Assembly (NCBI GenBank): GCA_017629515.1
Contig: JAGBXB010000073.1
Location: 2,939-66,938, forward strand
Direction: 5' to 3'
DNA length: 64,000 bases
Source: Lentisphaeria bacterium
Lineage (GTDB): Bacteria; Verrucomicrobiota; Lentisphaeria; Victivallales; UBA1829
A model generated the notes under the pieces. The model was not told where the DNA came from. It saw only the letters and a program-made list of their open reading frames with translations, and made no database searches. This document shows positions 9,499-18,662 of this stretch, in pieces (positions within the stretch are counted from its first letter, which is position 1; every line of letters starts with the position of its first letter). The translations under genes and the position numbers were made by a program.

Positions 9499-11040
9499 AT
9501 GAGCGAAAACAACGAAAATACAGGAGCGATCAATGATCCTCTGAACATACGCAATACCGATACGGGTGCTTTGAAGAGGATGCCTGCTGTGACCCCCGGA
9601 GGAAGTACTGCGGATGCAGCGAAAAAAACAATCAAACTCAAACCCCTTTCCCAACGGCCCGCGTCCCCGCCGCCGTCCGGTTCCCCCGCGTCTTCTCCGG
9701 CACCTGCAGGGGATTTCCGCTCTACGGCAACCGCTCCCATGAAGCCTTTCAAAAAGCCGCCTACTGCTCCCGCCACCCAGGTCGGAGCTGCACCCTCTGC
9801 GGATGCGGCAAAATTCATGTCCACGGCAACCGGCCCTCTGCATCAGACACAGAGACCTGTTTCCCCTGCACCTGTGGGAGCAAACCAGATCGGAGCTGCG
9901 CCCTCTGCGGATGCGGCAAAATTCATGTCCACGGCAACCGGCCCTCTGCATCAGACACAGAGACCTGTTTCTCCTGCACCTGTGGGAGCAAACCAGATCG
10001 GAGCTGCGCCCTCTGCGGATGCGGCAAAATTCATGTCCACGGCGACCGGTCCTCTGAATGTTGCTTCTAAAGAAAATGCTTCTGCCGCCCCTGCTGTTGC
10101 CACGATCACACAGGCGATCAAGCGTCCTGTGGCGGCATCTGCTTCTCCTGCGGCAGTCAAATTGCGTCCGGGAACAGCTTCCGCTCCTGCTTCTTCTGCC
10201 GGAGACGCTGCAGGCGCCCAGACGATCAAACTTGCTCCCAAAACACCTTCTGCCGCCCCGTCCGTACCGGCGACTCCTGCTGTGCCGTCGGGAGATACAG
10301 CGGGAGCGCAGACCATAAGACTTTCTCCGAAACCTGCTTCTACCGTAGCTCCTGCCGCCCCGTCCGTACCGGCGACTCCTGCTGCGCCGTCGGGAGATAC
10401 AGCGGGAGCGCAGACCATTAAATTATCTCCCAAAACAACTGCTCCTGTGCCCGTACCTGCCGGAGATGCTGCAGGCGCCCAGACGATCAAACTGGCCCCC
10501 AAACCTGCTGCGGATTCCGGAGCGGCAACTGTGCAGCTTCCCGGTGTGAATGCTGCCGCCGCCGGAAATGGAGATGCGGCAACTGTTCAACTTCCCGGCG
10601 TGAATGCCGCCCCGTCCGCTCCTGCCGGTCTTTCCCTGAAAAAAGATCCTGCTGCACCCGCTGCGCCTGCCGCCCCGGGAGGACCTGCCGGTCTTTCTCT
10701 GAAGAAAGATCCCGCTCCTGCTGCACCCGCCGCACCGGAAGAAGAAAAATCAGCCTTGAACGTGCAGGACCCCAGTAAGAACAGAAAAGGCAAAAAAATC
10801 GAAATTGAAGAAGAAACGATCAATCTTGCCAATGAAAAAGATGATGATCCGGAAAATGCGCTTCCGTTGGATCTGCCCTCCAGAACAGGCGGCGAACCCT
10901 CCATCTTCTTTGCCATTACTGCCATCCTGGCACTGTTGCTTGCCGGTTATATCGTATTTGCTCTTGCCGCTCAATACAGTAATATCTGGGAAGGAAAAAA
11001 TATCCCTGTTATCGGATTCAGCAAACAGGCTGGAAAATAA
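9499..11040 (+). CDS. Pro/Ala-rich, highly repetitive and probably disordered protein with a single C-terminal transmembrane helix (tail-anchored). Function unknown.
   Basis: Good SD 'aggaga' upstream. Low-complexity PAxxP sequence with several internal repeats and a C-terminal hydrophobic stretch 'IFFAITAILALLLAGYIVFALAA'. The overlapping minus-strand ORFs are antisense artefacts of the repeats. Confidence 0.6.
   Translation: MSENNENTGAINDPLNIRNTDTGALKRMPAVTPGGSTADAAKKTIKLKPLSQRPASPPPSGSPASSPAPAGDFRSTATAPMKPFKKPPTAPATQVGAAPSADAAKFMSTATGPLHQTQRPVSPAPVGANQIGAAPSADAAKFMSTATGPLHQTQRPVSPAPVGANQIGAAPSADAAKFMSTATGPLNVASKENASAAPAVATITQAIKRPVAASASPAAVKLRPGTASAPASSAGDAAGAQTIKLAPKTPSAAPSVPATPAVPSGDTAGAQTIRLSPKPASTVAPAAPSVPATPAAPSGDTAGAQTIKLSPKTTAPVPVPAGDAAGAQTIKLAPKPAADSGAATVQLPGVNAAAAGNGDAATVQLPGVNAAPSAPAGLSLKKDPAAPAAPAAPGGPAGLSLKKDPAPAAPAAPEEEKSALNVQDPSKNRKGKKIEIEEETINLANEKDDDPENALPLDLPSRTGGEPSIFFAITAILALLLAGYIVFALAAQYSNIWEGKNIPVIGFSKQAGK
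9777..10055 (+). repeat. 108-nt (36-aa) near-identical tandem repeat, about 2.6 copies, inside the Pro/Ala-rich gene.
   Basis: Units begin at 9777, 9885 and 9993 ('ccag(g/a)tcggagctgc(a/g)ccctctgcggatgcggcaaaattcatgtccacggc...'). They differ by only a few substitutions. A second repeat of about 102 nt x2 lies at roughly 10252-10440. Confidence 0.8.
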
Positions 11041-11123
11041 GGGCATACCTGAATATTTTCATAATGATCAATGCCCTCATTCCGGGGGCATTTTTTTTGT
11101 AACAAATCAAAACAGAGGAAAAA

Positions 11124-11957
11124 ATGAAAAAAACAGTATTGATCGTATTCCTTGCTTTTGCAACTCTTTCCCTTTTTGCAGAAGTTGTCGTTAAAAACGG
11201 GGAAAAAATCGCTTTTCTCGGCGATTCCATCACCCAGCTCGGCAAAAGTACCCGTCCTTATATGGGATATTTGCATCTGGTCATTGACGGTTTGAAACAG
11301 TCAGGAGTAACTGCACAAATGATCCCTGCAGGGATCAGCGGTCACAAAAGCAATCAGATGCTGGCAAGAGTGGATAAAGATGTAATAAGCAAAAAACCCC
11401 AATGGATGCTTCTTTCCTGCGGGGTGAATGATGTCTGGCACGGGAAACGGGGGGTCGCACTTCCGGATTATAAAAAGAATATCACAGCGATCGTGGACAA
11501 AGCACAGAGTGCCGGTATCAAAGTTGTCATTATGACCGCTTCCATGATCCGGGAAGATGCCAAAAATGTTCCCAATACCACCTTGAAAGCCTATAATGAC
11601 TTTCTGCGCACACTTGCCAAAGAAAAAAAATGTCTGCTTGCCGATATCAATGCAAGGATGCAGAAAGAAGTTTACAGCAAAGAACTTTCTGTCATCAAAG
11701 GCAACCGCCTTACCTATGACGGCGTTCACATGAACGGCAGAGGGCACATGATGATGGCTTCCGTCATCCTTGAAACTTTCGGCGTCCCTGCTGAAAAAAT
11801 ACAGCAATTCAGAAAAGGATGGGAGAAAAAATATCCCGAAGCACAGGTGTCTTTGCCGCTGAATCACGAAATGAACCTTCTTCTGCACACTAAAGCAGCT
11901 GAAAAGAAAATGAGTATCGAACAGTACATCAGAAGTGTGCTTTTCTCCGGAAAATGA
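11124..11957 (+). CDS. Secreted SGNH/GDSL-family hydrolase with a C-terminal ribbon-helix-helix-like tail.
   Basis: Signal peptide. SGNH blocks 'GDSIT', 'GVNDV' and 'DGVHMN'. C-terminal segment 'QVSLPLNHEMNLLLHTKAAEKKMSIEQYIRSVL'. Confidence 0.7.
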   Translation: MKKTVLIVFLAFATLSLFAEVVVKNGEKIAFLGDSITQLGKSTRPYMGYLHLVIDGLKQSGVTAQMIPAGISGHKSNQMLARVDKDVISKKPQWMLLSCGVNDVWHGKRGVALPDYKKNITAIVDKAQSAGIKVVIMTASMIREDAKNVPNTTLKAYNDFLRTLAKEKKCLLADINARMQKEVYSKELSVIKGNRLTYDGVHMNGRGHMMMASVILETFGVPAEKIQQFRKGWEKKYPEAQVSLPLNHEMNLLLHTKAAEKKMSIEQYIRSVLFSGK

Positions 11958-12823
11958 TATCCCCAGTGTCCATAGGCAGATTTATGAAAAGTTCATTCAC
12001 TCTTTTTCTTCTGTTTTTTGTACTGTGTCCTCTTTTTGCCGCATTTGAAGTGAAGAATGGGGATAAGATCGCCTTTCTGGGTGATTCCATCACCTATTGG
12101 GGCGGGACACGATCCCCCTATTACGGGTATATCCATCTTGTCCTTGACGGTTTGAAGCGTTCCGGCATTGCCGCAGATGCAGTCTTTGCCGGAGTCCGGG
12201 GGCATGATTCCAATGATATGCTTGCACGGGTGGAAAGAGATGTGATAAGGAAAAAGCCGCAATGGATGCTCCTTTCCTGCGGAGTGAATGATGTATGGGG
12301 AAAATGGAAAGGCAGAGGCGTGGATTTTGCCCGGTACAAAAAGAATATCGTTTCCATTGTGGAAAAAGCGCAGAGTGCCGGTATCCGAGTCGTTATTCTG
12401 ACTGCTTCCATGATCTATGAGGGAGCGGGAAACAAATACAATACGGACTTGAAGAAATATAATGACTTTCTGCGTACTCTTGCCAAAGAAAAAAAGTGTC
12501 TGCTTGCAGACATAAATTGCCGGATGCAGAAAGAAGTTGCCGGAAAGGAACTTTCCAGAGGAAAAAGAGTCAAACTTACCTATGACGGCGTTCACATGAA
12601 CGGCAGGGGGCACATGATGATGGCTTCCGTCATCCTTGAAACTTTTGGTGTTCCTGCTGAAAAAGTACAGCAGTACAGAAAAGAGTGGGAGAAGAGTCAT
12701 CCGGAAGTTTTGCTCCGTATATCACTGAAAAAGGAGGAATATCATCTTCTTTGCGTCAGAGCCTCTGAAAAGAAAATATCTTTGGAACAATATCTGAAAG
12801 AATGGATCACAGAACTCAAATAA
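11954..12823 (+). CDS. Secreted SGNH/GDSL-family hydrolase, tandem paralogue of 11124..11957.
   Basis: Same blocks (GDSIT, GVNDV, DGVHMN) and the same RHH-like tail 'LRISLKKEEYHLLCVRASEKKISLEQYLKEWI'. Its start overlaps the upstream stop by 4 nt. Confidence 0.7.
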   Translation: MISPVSIGRFMKSSFTLFLLFFVLCPLFAAFEVKNGDKIAFLGDSITYWGGTRSPYYGYIHLVLDGLKRSGIAADAVFAGVRGHDSNDMLARVERDVIRKKPQWMLLSCGVNDVWGKWKGRGVDFARYKKNIVSIVEKAQSAGIRVVILTASMIYEGAGNKYNTDLKKYNDFLRTLAKEKKCLLADINCRMQKEVAGKELSRGKRVKLTYDGVHMNGRGHMMMASVILETFGVPAEKVQQYRKEWEKSHPEVLLRISLKKEEYHLLCVRASEKKISLEQYLKEWITELK

Positions 12824-12838
12824 AACAGGAAAGAAAAA

Positions 12839-13825
12839 ATGAGTAAGGAAAAATATATTCTCGGTTATGATGTGGGCGGAACAAAGATCGGTATCGGACT
12901 TGCTTCCGCTTCCGGGCGTTTGATCGGTAAAAGAAGAGTGGAAAATAAAGATACAGATCCGGAAGAGATCCTGCCGCTTCTGGCACAGATGGGAAAAGAA
13001 CTTGCAGAAGAAAATGATCTGAAAGTATCCGACCTTGCCGGTTTCGGTATTTCCGCTCCCGGTCCTGCGGATATCCCCAACGGGATCCTGCTTGATCCCC
13101 CCAACAATAAAAAATGGCACAATGTCCCCATTCAGGGGTATTTGCAGGATGCCTTGCAGATCCCCGGATGCTTTGAAAATGATGCCAATTCCGCCGCTCT
13201 TGCAGAATGGTTCTTCGGAGCGGGAAAAGGGAAGACGGACTTTATCTATCTTACCATGAGTACCGGTATCGGAGCGGGTATTGTTGCCGGAAACACTCTT
13301 ATACGGGGAAAGACTTTCTTCGGCGGGGAGTTCGGACACATCCCCATTGAGATCAACTCTGAAAGAGTTTGCGGCTGCGGGCACAAAGGGTGTTATGAAG
13401 CCTATTGCGGCGGTCGCAGTATCGCCCTTTATCTGCAGGATCTTCTGAAAAACAGAAAAGGTCATCCCATTGTGCAGTTTGCCGGAGGGAAAGTGGAGGA
13501 TATTGATATGCTTGCACTGGAAAAAGCAGTGAGAAGCAATGATCCTCTTGCTTTGCAGGTATGGGAGGAAATGAGTATGCGCAATGCGCAGGCTTTCGGG
13601 ATCCTGCTCAATACATTCAATCCGGAACGGTTGATCCTCGGTACTCTTGCCTGGGCGGTGGGGGATCTTTATACCGATCCCATCAAAAAATATCTGCCCC
13701 GCTTTGCGTGGAAAGAGATGATCGACGCATGTGAGATCGTTTCCAGTGAATTGAGAAGAGATGTGGGATACTATGCGGGGGTCGCCGCCGCCATGTACTT
13801 CCTGCTGGGAAAACGGGCGGAATAA
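12839..13825 (+). CDS. ROK-family sugar kinase (glucokinase / N-acetylglucosamine kinase-like).
   Basis: 'ILGYDVGGTKIGIGL' ATP-binding motif and the ROK zinc motif 'CGCGHKGCYEAYCGG'. Confidence 0.8.
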   Translation: MSKEKYILGYDVGGTKIGIGLASASGRLIGKRRVENKDTDPEEILPLLAQMGKELAEENDLKVSDLAGFGISAPGPADIPNGILLDPPNNKKWHNVPIQGYLQDALQIPGCFENDANSAALAEWFFGAGKGKTDFIYLTMSTGIGAGIVAGNTLIRGKTFFGGEFGHIPIEINSERVCGCGHKGCYEAYCGGRSIALYLQDLLKNRKGHPIVQFAGGKVEDIDMLALEKAVRSNDPLALQVWEEMSMRNAQAFGILLNTFNPERLILGTLAWAVGDLYTDPIKKYLPRFAWKEMIDACEIVSSELRRDVGYYAGVAAAMYFLLGKRAE

Positions 13826-13837
13826 TAGAGAAAAAGA

Positions 13838-15379
13838 ATGCTTACAAGGACATATTCAGCAGCTCTTACAGGTATTGAGGCTCTTCTTCTGGATGTGGAA
13901 ATCAATGCTTCCGGAAGAGGGGAACAATCCATCGTTTCCATTGTGGGATTGCCGGATGCGGCAGTACGGGAAAGCCGGGAACGGATCCGGTCAGCTCTGT
14001 ATGCCTGCGGATATGAACACCCCCAGGGAAGCACTCTTGTCAATCTTGCCCCTGCGGATATCCGTAAAGAGGGGGCTTCTTTCGATCTTCCCATTGCTCT
14101 GGGGCTGGTTGCCGCACTCAACGGGGTCGACCGCAATACTCTTGCGGAAACCCTTGTGGTGGGGGAATTGGCTCTGGACGGGATGGTGAGACCGGTAAAA
14201 GGAGTAGTCTCCATTGCTTTGCTGGCAAGAGAATTGCCGCAGGTGAAAAATTTTATTGTTCCTGCAGGAAATATGCAGGAAGCCATTCTTGCCGCCGCAT
14301 GTAAAAATGTGTATCCTGTTCATTCTCTTCCGGAAGCGGTGGAGGCTCTTCAAGGTAGGAAAACTCCTGTTCCGGCAGAGGCTGCGGACATGCTTTTTGC
14401 AGAACCGGACTGGGCAAACAGCCCGGATTTTGCCGATGTCAAGGGGCAGTTTGCGGCAAAACGGGCTTTGGAAATCGCGGCGGCAGGGGGGCATAATGTG
14501 TTATTTTCCGGCCCTCCGGGTTCCGGAAAGTCGATGCTCGCAAAGCGTCTTGCCGGTATATTGCCGCCTATGACGGAAAAAGAAACACTGGAAACCAGCC
14601 GGATTTACAGTTTACTGGGATTGCTTTCTTCCGACCGTCCCCTTATGCGTATGCGTCCTTTCCGTTCGCCCCATCATACTGTCAGTGATGCCGGACTTAT
14701 CGGCGGCGGCAGTAATCCCGGACCGGGGGAGATCAGTCTGGCGCATAACGGCGTACTTTTTCTGGATGAACTTCCGGAATTCAAAAGAACCACTCTGGAA
14801 GTATTGCGTCAGCCTGTGGAAAGCGGGGTTGTGACCATTTCCCGGGCGGCGGGCAGTTGTGATTTCCCCTCCAGGTTTGTTCTGATCGCTGCCATGAACC
14901 CATGTCCCTGCGGGCATCTGGGGGATAAACTGCATCCCTGCAGATGTAAACCCATGCAGGTCCGTTCCTACCGCTCGAAGATCTCCGGGCCCCTTCTGGA
15001 CAGGATCGATATCCATGTGGAGGTGGCGGCTCTTACGGAAGAGGAGCTTGTGCAGAAAAATGTGGCGGAATCCAGCAGCAGTATCCGTAAAAGAGTCATT
15101 GCCGCAAGGGAGATCCAGCTTGCCCGGTACCGGGGGACAGATACATTCTGCAACGGAATGATGGAATCTGCCCAGATCGCCAGATATTGTATACTGGATA
15201 AACCCACAGAAACCCTTTTGCGTCATGCCATACGGGAATTCGGGTTGAGTGCCAGAGCGTACGACAGGATATTGCGGGTCGCCCGTACCATTGCGGATCT
15301 GGCCGGAAGTGAAAATATAACAAGACAACATATATTTGAAGCCGTTTCCTACCGTTCCCAGGACAGAAGGACGGCATAA
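13838..15379 (+). CDS. comM: YifB/ComM-family Mg-chelatase-like AAA+ ATPase.
   Basis: N-terminal Lon-protease-like 'ALTGIEA..V.VE', Walker A 'GPPGSGKSMLAKRL', and about 510 aa. Confidence 0.88.
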   Translation: MLTRTYSAALTGIEALLLDVEINASGRGEQSIVSIVGLPDAAVRESRERIRSALYACGYEHPQGSTLVNLAPADIRKEGASFDLPIALGLVAALNGVDRNTLAETLVVGELALDGMVRPVKGVVSIALLARELPQVKNFIVPAGNMQEAILAAACKNVYPVHSLPEAVEALQGRKTPVPAEAADMLFAEPDWANSPDFADVKGQFAAKRALEIAAAGGHNVLFSGPPGSGKSMLAKRLAGILPPMTEKETLETSRIYSLLGLLSSDRPLMRMRPFRSPHHTVSDAGLIGGGSNPGPGEISLAHNGVLFLDELPEFKRTTLEVLRQPVESGVVTISRAAGSCDFPSRFVLIAAMNPCPCGHLGDKLHPCRCKPMQVRSYRSKISGPLLDRIDIHVEVAALTEEELVQKNVAESSSSIRKRVIAAREIQLARYRGTDTFCNGMMESAQIARYCILDKPTETLLRHAIREFGLSARAYDRILRVARTIADLAGSENITRQHIFEAVSYRSQDRRTA

Positions 15380-15400
15380 GCAGAAAAAAAGGAGGATAAA

Positions 15401-16717
15401 ATGGCAGGAATTTTCAAAGCTTATGATATCCGGGGGATCTACCCGGAACAACTCAATACGGAGATTGCCGAAAAGATCGGACGGGCTCTTACCGTCTTTC
15501 TCAAAGCAGAAAAAATCGTGGTGGGAAGAGATATGCGTCCTCACTCCCTGCCCCTTTTTGAGGCTCTTGCCAAAGGGATCACGGAACAGGGCGCAGATGT
15601 GATCGATCTGGGACTTTGCTCCACCCCTCAATCCTATCATGCCAACGGAAAACTTGCCGCAGATGGAAGTGTGATGATCACCGCTTCCCACAATCCGGGG
15701 GAATGGAACGGTTTTAAACTTTGCCGGAAAGATGCTGTCCCCATCGGCGGCAATTCCGGGATCGGGGATATTGAAAAAATGGTGGAGGAAAACAATTTCC
15801 CCGCCGCAGAAAAAAAAGGGAAGATCCTTTCTTACGATATTGCCGGAGAATATGCTTCCTTCCTCCAATCCTTTGCCAGAATGGACAGAAAACTCAAAGT
15901 GGTCGTGGACTACGCCAACGCTATGGGTTCTTATGAGATCAAGGGGATCGAACAGTATTTTGATGTGATCCCCCTCTATAAAGAACTGGACGGCACATTC
16001 CCCAATCATGAAGCCAATCCCCTGAAAACCGATACACTGGATGCCATTTGTGCAAAAGTAAAGGAAGTGGGTGCAGATTTCGGTGCGGCTCTTGATGGAG
16101 ATGCCGACAGATGCGGATTTATTGATGATAAAGGGGAGATCATTCCCATGGATCTTTTTACCGCCCTCATCGCCCAGGATATCCTCTCCTCCGGCCCTGC
16201 AACCATTATGTATGACTTGCGCAGCAGCAAAGCGGTAAAAGAGTGCATTGAGGAAAATGGCGGCAAAGCCGTTATGTCCAGAGTGGGACACGCCTTTATC
16301 AAAGCACAGATGCGGGAAACCGGTGCTGTTTTTGCCGGTGAACTTTCCGGGCATTACTATTTCAAAGAAAATTTTGTGGCGGAATCCCAGGGACTTGCCA
16401 TTATCAAACTGGCGAATCTTATCTGTGCAAAAAATATTCCGGTAAGCGAAATGGTCGCACCTCTGCGGAAATATTTTTCCAGTGGTGAGATCAATTCCAA
16501 AGTGGCGGATACCTCCCTTGTCCTTGCCCGTATCCGGGAAAAATATGCCGATGGAAATCTTTTTGAACTGGACGGGATCTCTTCCGAATATCCCTCCTGG
16601 TGGCTGAATGTACGCTCTTCCAATACCGAGCCTTTGATCCGGCTTATCGTAGAAGCGGATACAAAAGAACTTATGGAAGAAAAACGCGATGAGGCTCTTG
16701 CCTTGATCCGCTCCTGA
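15401..16717 (+). CDS. Phosphoglucomutase/phosphomannomutase (alpha-D-phosphohexomutase family).
   Basis: 'IFKAYDIRG', the active-site Ser loop 'TASHNP', and a metal-binding 'DGDADR' loop. Confidence 0.85.
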   Translation: MAGIFKAYDIRGIYPEQLNTEIAEKIGRALTVFLKAEKIVVGRDMRPHSLPLFEALAKGITEQGADVIDLGLCSTPQSYHANGKLAADGSVMITASHNPGEWNGFKLCRKDAVPIGGNSGIGDIEKMVEENNFPAAEKKGKILSYDIAGEYASFLQSFARMDRKLKVVVDYANAMGSYEIKGIEQYFDVIPLYKELDGTFPNHEANPLKTDTLDAICAKVKEVGADFGAALDGDADRCGFIDDKGEIIPMDLFTALIAQDILSSGPATIMYDLRSSKAVKECIEENGGKAVMSRVGHAFIKAQMRETGAVFAGELSGHYYFKENFVAESQGLAIIKLANLICAKNIPVSEMVAPLRKYFSSGEINSKVADTSLVLARIREKYADGNLFELDGISSEYPSWWLNVRSSNTEPLIRLIVEADTKELMEEKRDEALALIRS

Positions 16718-16755
16718 TTTTCAGAGGTACGGATAAGTACGGATGGATACGGATG

Positions 16756-16790
16756 GGTACGGAGGAAGAAGTATCTTCCGTACCTTTTTT
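16756..16790 (+). terminator. Rho-independent terminator after the pgm/pmm gene.
   Basis: Hairpin ggtacggaggaaga...tcttccgtacc followed by T6. It is preceded by four short GTACGGA(T/G) tandem units. Confidence 0.55.
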
Positions 16791-17517
16791 ATGATTTTCT
16801 TACAGAACGCTCCCGGAGCAATGCCAAACCGCAGATGGCGGCGGTTTCCGCCCGCAATATCCAGCATTGCATGTGAAGGGGATAGAAAGAATTTTCTTTC
16901 ATAAGAAGTTCCTCTTCTTCCGTAAAACCGCCCTCCGGTCCGACAAACCAACCGATATTTTTTACGGTATTTTCTTTTCCGGCAAAGGGGTCTTCATCCT
17001 CTTTGGCAATACTTCCATAGAAATTTACTTCACATCTTTCCTTTGCCGCAAGAATGCTGTCGGCAAATTTTATTGGCGGAAAAAGTTGAGGCAGATAGGG
17101 GTTGCCGGATTGTTTGCACGCTTCAAAAAGCAGATCGTTCCATCTTCCATTGACAGAATCCGCATCGGGCAAAGCTACCGATCTTTCGCAGATAACAGGG
17201 GTGATGCCAGTTACTCCCAGTTCCGTACACTGTTTAAGGATGATATCCATTTTCTGCCGTCTGGGGGGCGCAAGAAAAAGATGCAAAGCTCCTCCGGGAA
17301 GCGGGGGGATCTTTTCCATTTCTGTAATGGATAGGCATTTATCCTTTTCCACCCGGGCAAGGGCGGAATTTCCTTTACCATCCAGCAGGCGGCATATATC
17401 GCCGGGTGCGGCACGGAGGATCTTGAATAAGTGGGTGCTTTCCCCTTTATCCAGAGAAATGATATCGCCAATATTTACTTCTGCAAGAAGATCATAACGG
17501 AAAGAGTGCATATTCAT
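16789..17517 (-). CDS. rsmE: 16S rRNA (uracil1498-N3)-methyltransferase RsmE.
   Basis: RsmE-family layout: a PUA-like N-terminus followed by a SPOUT domain. About 240 aa; overlaps the murG stop by 4 nt. Confidence 0.7.
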   Translation of the reverse strand: MNMHSFRYDLLAEVNIGDIISLDKGESTHLFKILRAAPGDICRLLDGKGNSALARVEKDKCLSITEMEKIPPLPGGALHLFLAPPRRQKMDIILKQCTELGVTGITPVICERSVALPDADSVNGRWNDLLFEACKQSGNPYLPQLFPPIKFADSILAAKERCEVNFYGSIAKEDEDPFAGKENTVKNIGWFVGPEGGFTEEEELLMKENSFYPLHMQCWILRAETAAICGLALLRERSVRKS

Positions 17518-18662
17518 TCTTCCTTTTTTCCGGGATTTTGTGCGGAAAACAGGATGTTTTCCATAAGAGAAATAATTTCTTCATCCGCTTCAGGTTTCCC
17601 TTTGGCAAGGTTTTTTCTGCCGTTTTCCATGAAAATTCCGGGAGAGGCAAGGAATGAAGAGACATTTTTCTTTAATTTTTCAACAAGAAAGGCATCGTCA
17701 CGCAGAATGGAAGCCCCGCCGCTTTCCGCAAGAAAGGAAGCATTGTCAAACTGATGATCTTCTGCGGCAAAAGGATAGGGAACAAGGAAAGTATATTTGC
17801 CGAAACAGGCACTTTCCGCCACGGTGGAACCTCCGGCACGGCAGATGATAAGATCTGCTGCGGGATAGAGAAAATGCATGGCATCAGAACTTTCCAGAAG
17901 AAGTTTCTTTCCTTTGAATGAAGCATAGGCTTCTTCCAGTTCCAGTACTTTCCCTTTTCCGGCAAGATGGATGAATTGGAGTTTTTCCGCGCCGGGGAGG
18001 GTCAGGAGTTGGAGAACTGCCTTATTCAGACTTGCTGCACCCAGAGATCCGCCGAAAGCAAGAAGAACAGGTTTTTCCGTCACAAAGGAGGTATTGTATT
18101 TTTCATTGATGAAGTCAATGGCTTTTTCTTTGGATAAGGAGATATTTTCTTTCAGTTCTTTACGCAGAGGCATTCCGGTAAAGATGGCGGGGCAGTGACA
18201 TTTTGCCGCATCCGGAGAGGGAAAGGAAAGGGCAATGGCTTTGGCATAACGGGAAAGGAATTTATTTGCTTTCCCCAGTCTGGCATTGCCGTCATGCAGG
18301 AAAATGGGGATGGAGAGGCTTTTTGCGGCAAAGGCGGGGGGAAGGGAGGCAAAAGAACCCATACATAAAAGAGCCTGTGTTTTATGGGCAGGGAACGCCT
18401 TTTTTACCGCCTTTTTTCCGGCAAGGAAATTACGGAAAAAACGTAAGAACCCCATGGGACGCAACGATGGGGGCGACGCCGGGATCTGTATATTTTCTAT
18501 GCCGTAAGAATCAGCGATCCTGCTTTGGGCGGGAGCGTTTTTCCCTCCGATGAGAAGAAGCACATTTCCGCCGTTTTCTTTGAATTTTCTTGCCACGGCA
18601 AGACCGGGGTAGAAATGTCCCCCTGTACCGCCGCAGCTGATTGCCAGTCTTTCCAGTTTCAT
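17514..18662 (-). CDS. murG: UDP-N-acetylglucosamine:N-acetylmuramyl-(pentapeptide)-PP-undecaprenol GlcNAc transferase MurG.
   Basis: 'ISCGGTGGHFYPGLAVA' G-loop and about 383 aa. I trimmed the start to the ATG overlapping the ftsW stop (18662). The ORF-track N-terminal extension reads through ftsW. Confidence 0.88.
   Translation of the reverse strand: MKLERLAISCGGTGGHFYPGLAVARKFKENGGNVLLLIGGKNAPAQSRIADSYGIENIQIPASPPSLRPMGFLRFFRNFLAGKKAVKKAFPAHKTQALLCMGSFASLPPAFAAKSLSIPIFLHDGNARLGKANKFLSRYAKAIALSFPSPDAAKCHCPAIFTGMPLRKELKENISLSKEKAIDFINEKYNTSFVTEKPVLLAFGGSLGAASLNKAVLQLLTLPGAEKLQFIHLAGKGKVLELEEAYASFKGKKLLLESSDAMHFLYPAADLIICRAGGSTVAESACFGKYTFLVPYPFAAEDHQFDNASFLAESGGASILRDDAFLVEKLKKNVSSFLASPGIFMENGRKNLAKGKPEADEEIISLMENILFSAQNPGKKEE

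Noticed and set aside
9445-10502. Arg/Gly/Cys-rich minus-strand ORFs (168 aa and 183 aa) over the Pro/Ala repeat gene.
   Set aside because: They are antisense of GC-rich codon repeats. The plus-strand gene has a proper SD, a start codon and a C-terminal TM helix.
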